Positions 19,193 to 28,294 of a stretch of 64,000 nucleotides of DNA are shown here, piece by piece. Origin of the DNA: a virus. The position numbers and the translations under genes were made by a program. The first letter of the stretch is position 1. Every line of letters starts with the position of its first letter. The stretch is taken from IMG/VR virus record IMGVR_UViG_3300025617_001208, positions 12,885 to 76,884 of that record. One strand, written 5' to 3'. The notes beneath the pieces were generated by a model that saw only the letters and a program-made list of their open reading frames with translations, made no database searches and was not told where the DNA came from.

Positions 19193-20797
19193 ATGCCAGA
19201 AATTATTATTTTTAATGATTGCAACGGGCCTTTAGGATTTGGAAGATATGCCGGCCCTTATCGTATTGCAACAGAACTTCGCGACAACGGATTTACTGTA
19301 CAAGTAATCGAATTCTTTGGAGACATGAGTCCCAGCGAAGTCGAATCTGTGATTGATGCTAAGGTTACAAAAGAAACACTTTGGGTAGGATTTGCTAGTA
19401 CATTACTAAGCCAACATCTGTCTCACAAAGAAGAACTTGAAATGTGGCTTACTCCACCTATGGGCAATCCAGGGCAATTATCCGAAATTTGGGTAACTTT
19501 ATTTCCGCATACCGACAAACAGATGACTGGATTTTTAGACAAAATAAAAACAATAAATCCTAAATGTAAAATTGTGGTAGGTGGATACAAAGCACTTGTT
19601 AAAGAATTTACTGGGGTAGATTATTGGATTTTAGGACAAGGCGAAGAAGCTGCTATTGCTGTATCTAAACATTTAAAATACGGAACTGAACTTAACACTT
19701 TGCAAATTGAAGGCAGTAATGTTATTACAGATAAGATGTACGAATACAAAGATTTTAATAATAGCAAAATTAAATGGCATAAATCAGACTTATTAACACC
19801 CGGAGAACATTTACCAATTGAAACTGCAAGAGGTTGCATTTTTAAATGTGCGTTTTGTGCATATAATTTAAACGGTAAAAAATTTGGTGATTACACTAAA
19901 AATGCATATACCCTTAGAGAAGAATTATTGTATAACTACGAACATTTCGGAACTACAGATTATATGGTATCTGATGACACCATAAACGATTCTTTAACAA
20001 AAGTACAGTACTTACACAATGTAATAACAAGTTTGCCTTTTAAAATTAGTATTAGTGGATATCTACGTGTAGATATTATTGCTGCACAAACTGAAATGAT
20101 TAGATTATTATACGAAATGGGATTATCATCTGCAAATTTTGGTATTGAAACATTTAATAAAAAAGCAGGATCGTTAATCGGTAAAGGTGCAGATCCAGGA
20201 TTAATTAAAGAAACATTATTTAGATTGCAGGACGAATGGGGAGATGATGTCTTTACGTCTGGTAACTTTATTGTAGGATTACCTAGCGAAAGCAAAGAAA
20301 GTGTAAAAGAAACATTTGAGTGGTTACATAGACCGGACCTTCCGTTGCATGCAATAGGAGTAACTAGATTGTATGTAAAACAATATAATAGAAGCATTAC
20401 GCCTGTTAACATTTCAGACGAGAATATGATAAAATACGGATTTAGAAAACTCGACGATGGATGGATGTATAATAATTCGTCAAAGATATTAGATGATTCA
20501 AAAAAATACGATATAGATATAAATTATTTAGACGGCATGACATGGTCGTCTAACCATATGACAGCACAAGAGGCCGAACAACTAGTTAGCGATTTTTATA
20601 AAGATCCAAGAAATTCTCATAAAAAATTTAGTTTAACAGGATTCGTTGTTTATAATAGAATGCGAAATTTAGGATACACAAAAGAAAAAATAGCACACAT
20701 GTGTAGTGATGATCCAAAAGTTGTAGTCGAAGCTGTAAATCTAAGGAGAAATTTAAAATCAGAATATATGCGAAAACTTCTGATAAATAAAGTGTAG
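19193..20797 (+). CDS. cobalamin (B12)-binding radical SAM protein (class B methyltransferase-like)
   Basis: N-terminal B12-binding-type segment (GPYRIATELR...VGFAST...IVVGG...GQGE), ETARGCIFKCAFC, SDDTIND, FGIETF, FIVGLP. First ATG is at 19193. Confidence 0.88.
   Translation: MPEIIIFNDCNGPLGFGRYAGPYRIATELRDNGFTVQVIEFFGDMSPSEVESVIDAKVTKETLWVGFASTLLSQHLSHKEELEMWLTPPMGNPGQLSEIWVTLFPHTDKQMTGFLDKIKTINPKCKIVVGGYKALVKEFTGVDYWILGQGEEAAIAVSKHLKYGTELNTLQIEGSNVITDKMYEYKDFNNSKIKWHKSDLLTPGEHLPIETARGCIFKCAFCAYNLNGKKFGDYTKNAYTLREELLYNYEHFGTTDYMVSDDTINDSLTKVQYLHNVITSLPFKISISGYLRVDIIAAQTEMIRLLYEMGLSSANFGIETFNKKAGSLIGKGADPGLIKETLFRLQDEWGDDVFTSGNFIVGLPSESKESVKETFEWLHRPDLPLHAIGVTRLYVKQYNRSITPVNISDENMIKYGFRKLDDGWMYNNSSKILDDSKKYDIDINYLDGMTWSSNHMTAQEAEQLVSDFYKDPRNSHKKFSLTGFVVYNRMRNLGYTKEKIAHMCSDDPKVVVEAVNLRRNLKSEYMRKLLINKV
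20784..20789 (+). promoter_or_regulatory. T4-type late promoter core TAAATA
   Basis: ATAAATA 17 nt upstream of ATG 20807, followed by an AGGAG RBS. Confidence 0.5.
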
Positions 20798-20806
20798 GAG
20801 AAAAGA

Positions 20807-22135
20807 ATGAGTGATATTTTACCCGGTGATACAGTTAGATTAACTATTACAGGAAACGATAGTTCTATTTTGGTTGATAGTTGGAACAGTGCAATTAGAG
20901 GCCCTGTTGTAGGAAGTAATGGCACTACTTTAGTAGATACTGTTAGCAATTTACTATTGGGTAAATTAGAAGGCGAACTAGCTGGTAATGTGTTATCATC
21001 AAACGGAAGCATTGTTTTAAATCCAGGTATTAATGGAACTGACGCTGTTTTTATTGGAGATGTTACAGGCGATCTAGTTGGCGAAGTGTTTGGAGATGTA
21101 ACTGGTAATATCATCGGAGATGTTTTAGACGAAAACGAAAACATAATACTAGATGCTACAAATAGAACTCTTACAGTAAACACAATTACTACAGAAAATA
21201 TTGTGTTATCAAATGATTTAACAGTAAATTCATTAGTTGCAGGCGAGATTACAACTGGTAATCTTATTGGAAGTCTATTAGGCGATTCTGTTGGAATGCA
21301 CACCGGCGAAGTGTTTGGAGATGTAACTGGTAATGTAACTGGAGATATTACAGGAAACGTTTTAGATGGCGATGGTATAATCGTTGTAGACACTGGTGAT
21401 GATGTTGCAGTTTTTACAGGCGATCTAGTTGGCACAGTGTTTGGAGATGTAACCGGTAATCTCAATGGTAACGTGACTGGTGAGGTATATGGCAACGTAA
21501 CAGGTAACGTGACTGGCGATCTAATAGGAAATCTAAAAGGTAGAGTTTGGAATCAAGATGGCACAAAGATAGGATTGGATGTGCAAGAAGATGGTGCTGT
21601 TTCAATTGCTAGTAACAACAACGGTACTTTAGTATTTGGCAATAACAACGACACTTTAACTATTACATCTAATTATAGAGAATCTAACGATTTTGTGGTT
21701 GTTCCTCATCCAAGCGCAAAGGCATCATCTCGTATGCATTATCATAGATTAGACGATAACGGAAGAGCATCAGTAAATCCAGGTGATATATTAGATTTTA
21801 AATCAATTATTGCATACAACGGAAGCGATTATAAAACAGCAGGACATTGGGGATATGCAGTTGATCCAGAATGGACTGTAACAGATACATCGCAAAGTAT
21901 CAGAACAATATTTGGAATTAGTGTTGCAGACGGTACAAATCAACCAGATGTACTAGGTCCTAAAAAACTAAGTGTAAATCACGAAGGTATTGTAGGCGGA
22001 TACGGATTCAAAGCAAATCCAATAAGTAGTACCGAACGTAATAATCTAACTGCCACAGCAGGAATGATTATCTTTAACAGTAGTACAAATAAGTTTCAAG
22101 GATATAATGGCAGTTCTTGGGTTGACTTAGGATAA
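20807..22135 (+). CDS. fibre-like virion protein with G[DN]xxG tetrapeptide repeats
   Basis: Many GDVTG/GNVTG/GDLVG repeats; C-terminal RNNLTATAGMIIFNSSTNKFQGYNGSSWVDL motif typical of phage fibre proteins. The GDVTGNVTG motif also occurs in tail fibre 36709..38709. Confidence 0.65.
   Translation: MSDILPGDTVRLTITGNDSSILVDSWNSAIRGPVVGSNGTTLVDTVSNLLLGKLEGELAGNVLSSNGSIVLNPGINGTDAVFIGDVTGDLVGEVFGDVTGNIIGDVLDENENIILDATNRTLTVNTITTENIVLSNDLTVNSLVAGEITTGNLIGSLLGDSVGMHTGEVFGDVTGNVTGDITGNVLDGDGIIVVDTGDDVAVFTGDLVGTVFGDVTGNLNGNVTGEVYGNVTGNVTGDLIGNLKGRVWNQDGTKIGLDVQEDGAVSIASNNNGTLVFGNNNDTLTITSNYRESNDFVVVPHPSAKASSRMHYHRLDDNGRASVNPGDILDFKSIIAYNGSDYKTAGHWGYAVDPEWTVTDTSQSIRTIFGISVADGTNQPDVLGPKKLSVNHEGIVGGYGFKANPISSTERNNLTATAGMIIFNSSTNKFQGYNGSSWVDLG
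21063..21450 (+). repeat. intragenic direct repeats
   Basis: Exact 30-bp GGCGAAGTGTTTGGAGATGTAACTGGTAAT at 21080-21109 and 21305-21334; exact 20-bp TTACAGGCGATCTAGTTGGC at 21063-21082 and 21414-21433. Confidence 0.85.
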
Positions 22136-22150
22136 TTTTCATGCTATAGT
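22122..22150 (+). promoter_or_regulatory. sigma70-type promoter TTGACT-N17-TATAGT with extended -10 (TGc)
   Basis: -35 at 22122-22127, -10 at 22145-22150, ATG 22157 six nt later; no SD. Confidence 0.6.
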
Positions 22151-22156
22151 AAAAGC

Positions 22157-22804
22157 ATGAGTAAATTATATTTTGGTGTCGTTCCTTATGGCACATTAGC
22201 AGATGTTTTTATCAACACACTAGCAGGCTGGAGCGACAGATGGTTGCAACCATGTACTCCTATAATTAATACAAATGGCCACCTAATACATAAAAATCAC
22301 GAAAAGTATGTGTTAGATCTTACTAATAACAATCCTATGACATTTAGAGATATTGACTGGTCAAATAAGTTAGACAAAATTGAACAAGTTTTAGATAACG
22401 CCGGTGATCGTAAAGTTTGGATTGGAAACTTTGATAGTACCCAAGCAGATATTATTAAAAAACATTTTGATACAGATGTAACTACTATTGGCTTAACATA
22501 TAATTTAGATAGCAGAGATACAATACTAGAAAACGTTTTAACATACTACGGAATTTCTGAAATAACTGATAAAGAAACATACTGCGTACAAATGCAGACT
22601 AGATACTACACAGATAAGGAAAAATGGAATAAACTTGTACCTAAAGAATTTTTTCCTTTTACCGACATTAGTATCAACATCAATAGTTTTTTTCATCCTG
22701 AAAACTATATACAACAGTTAGAGAGTCTAGACGGCAAACGTAATGAAAAACAACTAGAATATTATTTTACATGGTTATATAGAACAAAGGAGAGATGCAA
22801 ATGA
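22157..22804 (+). CDS. hypothetical protein
   Basis: 215-aa ORF, no recognisable motif. Confidence 0.7.
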   Translation: MSKLYFGVVPYGTLADVFINTLAGWSDRWLQPCTPIINTNGHLIHKNHEKYVLDLTNNNPMTFRDIDWSNKLDKIEQVLDNAGDRKVWIGNFDSTQADIIKKHFDTDVTTIGLTYNLDSRDTILENVLTYYGISEITDKETYCVQMQTRYYTDKEKWNKLVPKEFFPFTDISININSFFHPENYIQQLESLDGKRNEKQLEYYFTWLYRTKERCK

Positions 22805-23862
22805 AAATAAGTAAAATACCAGGATGCGGAAGATTTGGCGTTTTTGTCGACGGCATCGACTTTAACAATATTACCGAAGAAGAATGGATAGAGATAGGAA
22901 AGTTACATGTTAAAGAACTTGTTACTATCATTAGGGATACTAAATTAGATCTAAACACATATCACCACTGGATTAAAAAATGGGGAAGAGACAGACTAAC
23001 CATCCAAGGCATGTATTTTGAAAAATACAAAGGATGGGACGGCAAAATCGAAACTGCGTTAGCTAGTCCTGACTGGTCTGACGAAGATAAGCAAAGTATT
23101 ATAAATTATGTTCGTATGCGCGAAGGTACTAGTAAAGAATCTGGTAACATTCTTCGTGTAAGTGGAAAAAAAGATAAAGATGGTAATCCAATAGGTATGT
23201 TTGCAGAAGGCGAGCTGCTATGGCACAGTAACGAAAGTGGCAATATTGCTTTTGCGCCAGGAGTTGCTCTTTTAGGATACCAAGGAACCACTGCGAGTGC
23301 TACAGGATTTTTAACTACAGTAGATTATTATGAAAGTGTGAGCGAAAGTTTTCGTAGCGAACTAAACGAAATGATTCTCATACATAATTTTATTCCGGGA
23401 CGTATTAATCCTGGACTACGAAACTGGCAAGACTCTCTTATGTATAAAAATATGGCACCAGAACCAAACGCTGAAATTCCAATGGTTATACAAAGCCCAG
23501 GCGGTCATATAGGATTGCACTACAGTTTTAACACAGTAACCGGTATCAAAGGTATGAGTAAAGACGAAAGTGATAAACTACTTGCTCGTATTAGAAAAGA
23601 ACTAGAAGTCGACAAATACATATACGATCATTGGTACAAACAGGATGGCGATTTGTGTTTGTTTGACAACAGTATTACACAGCATAGGCGATTAGGCAGC
23701 ACAGACAATAGATTGTGCTACAGATATCAATACGATTATACACACTTGCAAGAATCTCCGTGGATGCCTTATTTGCAAGAACCATATAAAACACAGTATA
23801 CTAACAGAGTTGCACAAGTAGTTAACGCACTACAAATAAATGACTTTAAACTACCGGTATGA
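22795..23862 (+). CDS. TauD/TfdA-family Fe(II)/2OG dioxygenase
   Basis: G.FG..V.GID N-terminus, LWHSNE, HWYKQDGDLCLFDNSITQHRR (distal His/Arg); AAGGAG RBS. Confidence 0.85.
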   Translation: MQMKISKIPGCGRFGVFVDGIDFNNITEEEWIEIGKLHVKELVTIIRDTKLDLNTYHHWIKKWGRDRLTIQGMYFEKYKGWDGKIETALASPDWSDEDKQSIINYVRMREGTSKESGNILRVSGKKDKDGNPIGMFAEGELLWHSNESGNIAFAPGVALLGYQGTTASATGFLTTVDYYESVSESFRSELNEMILIHNFIPGRINPGLRNWQDSLMYKNMAPEPNAEIPMVIQSPGGHIGLHYSFNTVTGIKGMSKDESDKLLARIRKELEVDKYIYDHWYKQDGDLCLFDNSITQHRRLGSTDNRLCYRYQYDYTHLQESPWMPYLQEPYKTQYTNRVAQVVNALQINDFKLPV

Positions 23863-24158
23863 AAAAATATATAGTTACATCCTGGATGATTTTTTTATGG
23901 ATACTGATTTTTCCAGTTCCGATGCTAACAAAATATAGCAATTGTTGGTATTGGGCTTTATGGAAAAAAATTACCAAAGGTGGGCGCATGATTCCATATG
24001 CTAGTAAACGCTGGAGTGGACACCACTGGGTATGGAAAGATAAAGATGGCAAAACTTGGGAGTTTACAACAAAAAGAAAACTCCCAAAGTTTTCTCCATG
24101 GTGGACTTTGGTAGTTTATGACGGATACAGCAGACAGTTTAGGACTATAAACAAATGA
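23859..24158 (+). CDS. small Trp/Lys-rich protein with N-terminal hydrophobic segment
   Basis: 99 aa, ATGA overlaps on both sides, hydrophobic stretch WMIFLWILIFPVPML. Confidence 0.65.
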   Translation: MKKYIVTSWMIFLWILIFPVPMLTKYSNCWYWALWKKITKGGRMIPYASKRWSGHHWVWKDKDGKTWEFTTKRKLPKFSPWWTLVVYDGYSRQFRTINK

Positions 24159-24763
24159 CAACGTGGAATCTCGAAATATACAACAAATCACAAGATTTAA
24201 CAGAATTTTTTCTAGCAGCAAAAGAAAAAGGATTTTACAATAATAGCAGTATCAATATGCTGCACGATTACATTGACAAATCCGAAGAAACAAAAATGTG
24301 GTTATTAAGCAACAACAACAGATATGTAGGCACTATTGTAAGCCATAGTTTAAATGAATTAGGAATTTTAGGCAACGGTGCTTGGAGGATTTGTGCTAGA
24401 ATATGCGTTCTAAGTCATTTAATCGAAGGACCTAGAAAACATTTGACGCTACGCAATGAATTACGAAATAAAACTCCACATGACCATGTAGGTGGACAAT
24501 TTTTAATTCCTGCTTGTATAGAATATATAGGAAGAGATAAGCCTATGTACATTAGCACAAATGACAGTGTAGTAGGAAAACAACGAGCTGTTCACACAAG
24601 ATGGGCGCCTGCTTGGAACAAATTAGGGTTTTTAGGCGACCCATTTGAAATCGAATATCGCGGTAAATTTCAAAAGTTTTGGAAGTTTAATGTAGATGCT
24701 TACTATAAACAAATGGCAACTGAACGCTGGCCCGAAGCAGAAGCAATATTACCTCTGTTTTAA
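24155..24763 (+). CDS. hypothetical protein (possibly GNAT-like fold)
   Basis: 202 aa; the pattern WLL..NN..VG....H...WRI..R.C..L resembles a GNAT core, but weakly. Confidence 0.55.
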   Translation: MTTWNLEIYNKSQDLTEFFLAAKEKGFYNNSSINMLHDYIDKSEETKMWLLSNNNRYVGTIVSHSLNELGILGNGAWRICARICVLSHLIEGPRKHLTLRNELRNKTPHDHVGGQFLIPACIEYIGRDKPMYISTNDSVVGKQRAVHTRWAPAWNKLGFLGDPFEIEYRGKFQKFWKFNVDAYYKQMATERWPEAEAILPLF

Positions 24764-25441
24764 AAACATTTTGTGAGCTTTTTCTCTAAAGGTGTATTTT
24801 TCTTCAAACAGATCTTCCCAGTTATCTGGTAAGTCGAAATTTACACCTAAGTAATAATCTTTATATTTTTTATAACTTTTGTCTAGTAAGCCAACGTAAT
24901 TTTTATCGTTATAATTACCATCCCACGGTGCGCCTAGTGCAAGTGTAAATTTAGTATCACCCGAGGTGTTGTGCATTTCGTGAGGCCATTTACCGCTCAT
25001 CATAAACGGTTTGTCTACAGTAGTAGGACGTACACTTGTGTCTTTACCAATAAAATCTAAGTCGTCGACATTACCTTGTAGAACATATCTAAACTTGTGC
25101 TGAGGAGTATCAAACATTTCTGGACTACAATCAATATGCAAAGGATTTTTTGTACCGTTAGGAGTAGTAATAATCATTATCCTACTACGTTCTTTTGTAA
25201 TTTGAAATAACACATCCTCGCACCATTGTTTTAACTTGGGCATTTGGAATGCCCACGGCATCCACTGGAATTCGTCTTTTTTAGTTGGATTATACATAAT
25301 AGGAACATGATAACAGTTCCTATAGTCGTCTTGATATATTTTACTAACATCCAAACTATTTAAATAATCCATGTGATCCAATGGAGGATTTTCAATGTCT
25401 AGAGGCAAATATAATAAGTTGTCAAATTGATTTTTATCCAT
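24749..25441 (-). CDS. Asp/Asn beta-hydroxylase-like Fe(II)/2OG oxygenase
   Basis: SRIMIITTPNGTKNPLHIDC (HxD) ... WPHEMHN..GDTKFTL. Start refined to ATG 25441. Confidence 0.7.
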   Translation of the reverse strand: MDKNQFDNLLYLPLDIENPPLDHMDYLNSLDVSKIYQDDYRNCYHVPIMYNPTKKDEFQWMPWAFQMPKLKQWCEDVLFQITKERSRIMIITTPNGTKNPLHIDCSPEMFDTPQHKFRYVLQGNVDDLDFIGKDTSVRPTTVDKPFMMSGKWPHEMHNTSGDTKFTLALGAPWDGNYNDKNYVGLLDKSYKKYKDYYLGVNFDLPDNWEDLFEEKYTFREKAHKMFLKQR

Positions 25442-26807
25442 CTGTATCTTTACAAGTTTCAAAGAAGTTTGCCATTTCCGGAAATGCTTCTTTAAAATTT
25501 GTATTCCTTCTTTTGTCCTGTTCGTTAAAGAAACGCCAAAAATCAATACGTCCTTGCATTACTTTTGCAGGATCATATGTTGTACTATCCATATAATCAA
25601 CTACTCTTCTAAAACGTTCGTACTCCATTGTTGTAAATGCATCTTTACGTTTGTCATCTAAATTATCTTTTATAAACTGTAAGTGGCTGTGCATATACTT
25701 CATATACTCTTGCGGTAAAATGTTAATATCATACTGCAACGGTTCTTTTAAGTAAGGAGTATCGAAACTCAATCGATTCCATCTATATGTTTCTACATTG
25801 TTGTATTTACGGCGCCATTCAAGTATTTTTTCTAATAATGTTTGAAATGTTGTTACACTGAAAATATTAAATGTAATCATAATAGTTACAGGTGCATTAG
25901 TATTAGTCATGAAGTAATCTAAGTTACGCTCAAAAGTTTCAATGTCTAATCCATTACGGATATACTCGGCTCTTTCGCCCCATGTATCAATACTAGTAAA
26001 CAATTTAAATCTACGTATTTTGTTTTGACTAAGCAGGCTGTTTACAGAATCAGTAAACTTTTCTAATTGTTTAGGTTTGCCGCCTAAATTGCTGTTTACA
26101 TTTAATTCTAAGTTTGGCTTAGGATCATTTTCAAGCAAATCAAATAACTTGTATGTGCTTTTTTGTATAGTAGGTTCTCCGCCTGTAATACGTAAAATTG
26201 TTAGATCTTTACTAAGTTCTGGCCACCAACGCCAAAATGCATCTAAATATGGATTATTGTCTTCTTCGTAAATCTGAAACCAATCAATGTCGCAACGATG
26301 ATTACGTACAGTTGTATAAGGACCGTACTGTTTAATTTCGTTGTAATATCTACTACTAGCTTTTGGATGACAATATCCACAACGAAAGTTGCACTCGTTA
26401 CCAAATGAAACTTCTAAGTATTCTGGATTAACATTAAACTCTGCGCCGCCTGTTTTAACTGCATCAAGTCTTTCTTCGTTGTAAATACTGCTACTACGGG
26501 TTTTACGATCGCTAATATAATCTTCGCCCATATTTTCAATATTCCAACAATACTGGCATCCCTTAGGTTGTTCTCCACGCATCATTGCAGCACGTTCTTG
26601 TTTCTTTTGTGCTGTATTGTGTATAGCACTAGGATTAGTTAATAACGGTGCTGTGTCAATCTTGTGAGGAGCCGGATGATAACAACTGTGTGTTTCACCT
26701 GTTTGAAAATAGATGTTTGCGTGATACCATTTTGCAAAACAAAAAGTAGGAGATATTTCTTTGTCTGTATATTTTGTTATACGGACTGCTTCATCCCTTT
26801 CACTCAT
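25434..26807 (-). CDS. radical SAM protein with N-terminal twitch domain
   Basis: CNFRCGYC, TGGEP, NSN, TSID, EYIR; N-terminal FCFAKW...HSCYHP...GCQYCW. Confidence 0.92.
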   Translation of the reverse strand: MSERDEAVRITKYTDKEISPTFCFAKWYHANIYFQTGETHSCYHPAPHKIDTAPLLTNPSAIHNTAQKKQERAAMMRGEQPKGCQYCWNIENMGEDYISDRKTRSSSIYNEERLDAVKTGGAEFNVNPEYLEVSFGNECNFRCGYCHPKASSRYYNEIKQYGPYTTVRNHRCDIDWFQIYEEDNNPYLDAFWRWWPELSKDLTILRITGGEPTIQKSTYKLFDLLENDPKPNLELNVNSNLGGKPKQLEKFTDSVNSLLSQNKIRRFKLFTSIDTWGERAEYIRNGLDIETFERNLDYFMTNTNAPVTIMITFNIFSVTTFQTLLEKILEWRRKYNNVETYRWNRLSFDTPYLKEPLQYDINILPQEYMKYMHSHLQFIKDNLDDKRKDAFTTMEYERFRRVVDYMDSTTYDPAKVMQGRIDFWRFFNEQDKRRNTNFKEAFPEMANFFETCKDTDG

Positions 26808-27724
26808 TTAAGTTCCTTGTCAATAAACTTAGGATTACGCACAGGATTTTGATACACTGTTTTAAAAAATTTACTTTGATCTGCATTTAAACATTCAACA
26901 GAAATAGGCGCTTGTAATTCATGCATTAATGTATCTCCAATTTCCTCGCTTTCGGTATCCATTTCAGATTCTGACATGTCGTTGCTGTTCCAGTAATTAT
27001 TAAGCCACTCAAAGTCTCGAACGTTGATAAAGTCCCAATCGGTTAGCATAGTTTTATACAACCCTTCTCTAGCACCGTAAATAGCCCAACGACCATTTTC
27101 TGCATCAGCGCCTACCATTAGCCAGATCCAAAGTCTATGCAAGTTTTTCCAATGATTACGTTTAAAATCTTCAATGTTTGGCCTAATACCTTGATCTAGT
27201 GCCATTTTAACACCTTCACGAAATCCAGCACGCCACGCTTGTTGCGGTGTTGCATTATTGTAGATATCACTAAATGTTCCATTCATTTGAATGTATTGTA
27301 AATCCCAACAAAAGTCTACTTGCGCATGTAGGTTGTCTGGATCAGCATTTTCATGTGTACGCATGTTTAACACTTTTTCTTTAGGCCAGCACTTGATACC
27401 GCCATTGCCATATGCTAGACCGTTGATCTGATTTAGTGCAGTCCAACTAATAACTTTATCAGTTAAATCATACTCGCTTAAATCTGCTTCTTGGCTTAAG
27501 AATGTTTCTCGAATTCTATTATCACCATCGATAGTAATAAAGCGATCGGTCTCACTGGCATTAGCAGCAGCTTTGTGTGCAGCATCGCTGCCCTTAACAC
27601 CATGCACACGTTTAGCCCAAGGAACTTTAGTAAGCAAATCTGCATAATTTTGTTCTGCATTAGGTTCGTCATAACTTAAATAAATTATGTCATGATCAAC
27701 TACTCTAAAAATATTATCAGTCAT
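26804..27724 (-). CDS. GT-A fold (GT2-like) glycosyltransferase
   Basis: DIIYLSYDEPNA, HGVKGSDAAHKAAA, ITIDGD (DxD), YGNGGIKCWP, AGFREGVK. Confidence 0.7.
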   Translation of the reverse strand: MTDNIFRVVDHDIIYLSYDEPNAEQNYADLLTKVPWAKRVHGVKGSDAAHKAAANASETDRFITIDGDNRIRETFLSQEADLSEYDLTDKVISWTALNQINGLAYGNGGIKCWPKEKVLNMRTHENADPDNLHAQVDFCWDLQYIQMNGTFSDIYNNATPQQAWRAGFREGVKMALDQGIRPNIEDFKRNHWKNLHRLWIWLMVGADAENGRWAIYGAREGLYKTMLTDWDFINVRDFEWLNNYWNSNDMSESEMDTESEEIGDTLMHELQAPISVECLNADQSKFFKTVYQNPVRNPKFIDKELK

Positions 27725-28292
27725 TTATTACCTCGTGTGAATATGATCCAAACTTTTTAATAGTATAAACGCTTATAGGCATTTTGTCAAACTTAAAATT
27801 ACTTGGGTAATCTACATAAAAATTGTTGCTCTTACTATCAGCTACAAAATTTAAAATGTAATGAAGATTATAAGGATTATCTTTATCTGTTATGCTAAAA
27901 CCGCTAATTGCATTTGTTAAATTTACTTTGTGTTCTTGAATATTACTTTCTAGTTCATTATTAAATTTTAATTCCCAGCGCTTTTTAACATTGTTTTGTA
28001 TTAGTGTAACATCAGGATCTTCATCAGATTCTATTTTATATAAAAAACTTTTAGATGTACGTGCTTGTTCCCATTCTTTATTATGTTTAAGCATGTAGCC
28101 TTTTGTTGGCAAATCATACTCAACTGTATATTCGTGAATAGGAACAATTCCTTTTATAATGTCTTCAATTTCATTTATGTTTACTTTAATAAAATTTAAA
28201 CTATCATCGTGCTGGCTTTTAATAGATACTATAGTACCATTATTGTCAAACATAATATATTTTTTTGCATTAGAACTAATTTTAATAGGCAT
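27717..28292 (-). CDS. hypothetical protein
   Basis: 191-aa ORF in a tightly packed operon. Confidence 0.7.
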   Translation of the reverse strand: MPIKISSNAKKYIMFDNNGTIVSIKSQHDDSLNFIKVNINEIEDIIKGIVPIHEYTVEYDLPTKGYMLKHNKEWEQARTSKSFLYKIESDEDPDVTLIQNNVKKRWELKFNNELESNIQEHKVNLTNAISGFSITDKDNPYNLHYILNFVADSKSNNFYVDYPSNFKFDKMPISVYTIKKFGSYSHEVIND

Positions 28293-28294
28293 TA

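Noticed and set aside
21063-21450. Direct repeats as a CRISPR array or DGR template/variable repeat
   Set aside because: Repeats are in-frame coding units without regular spacers; no cas or reverse transcriptase gene in the window
20650-21495. 281-aa minus-strand ORF rich in P/V/T/S
   Set aside because: Antisense shadow of the GDVTG-repeat gene; repetitive codons leave the opposite frame open
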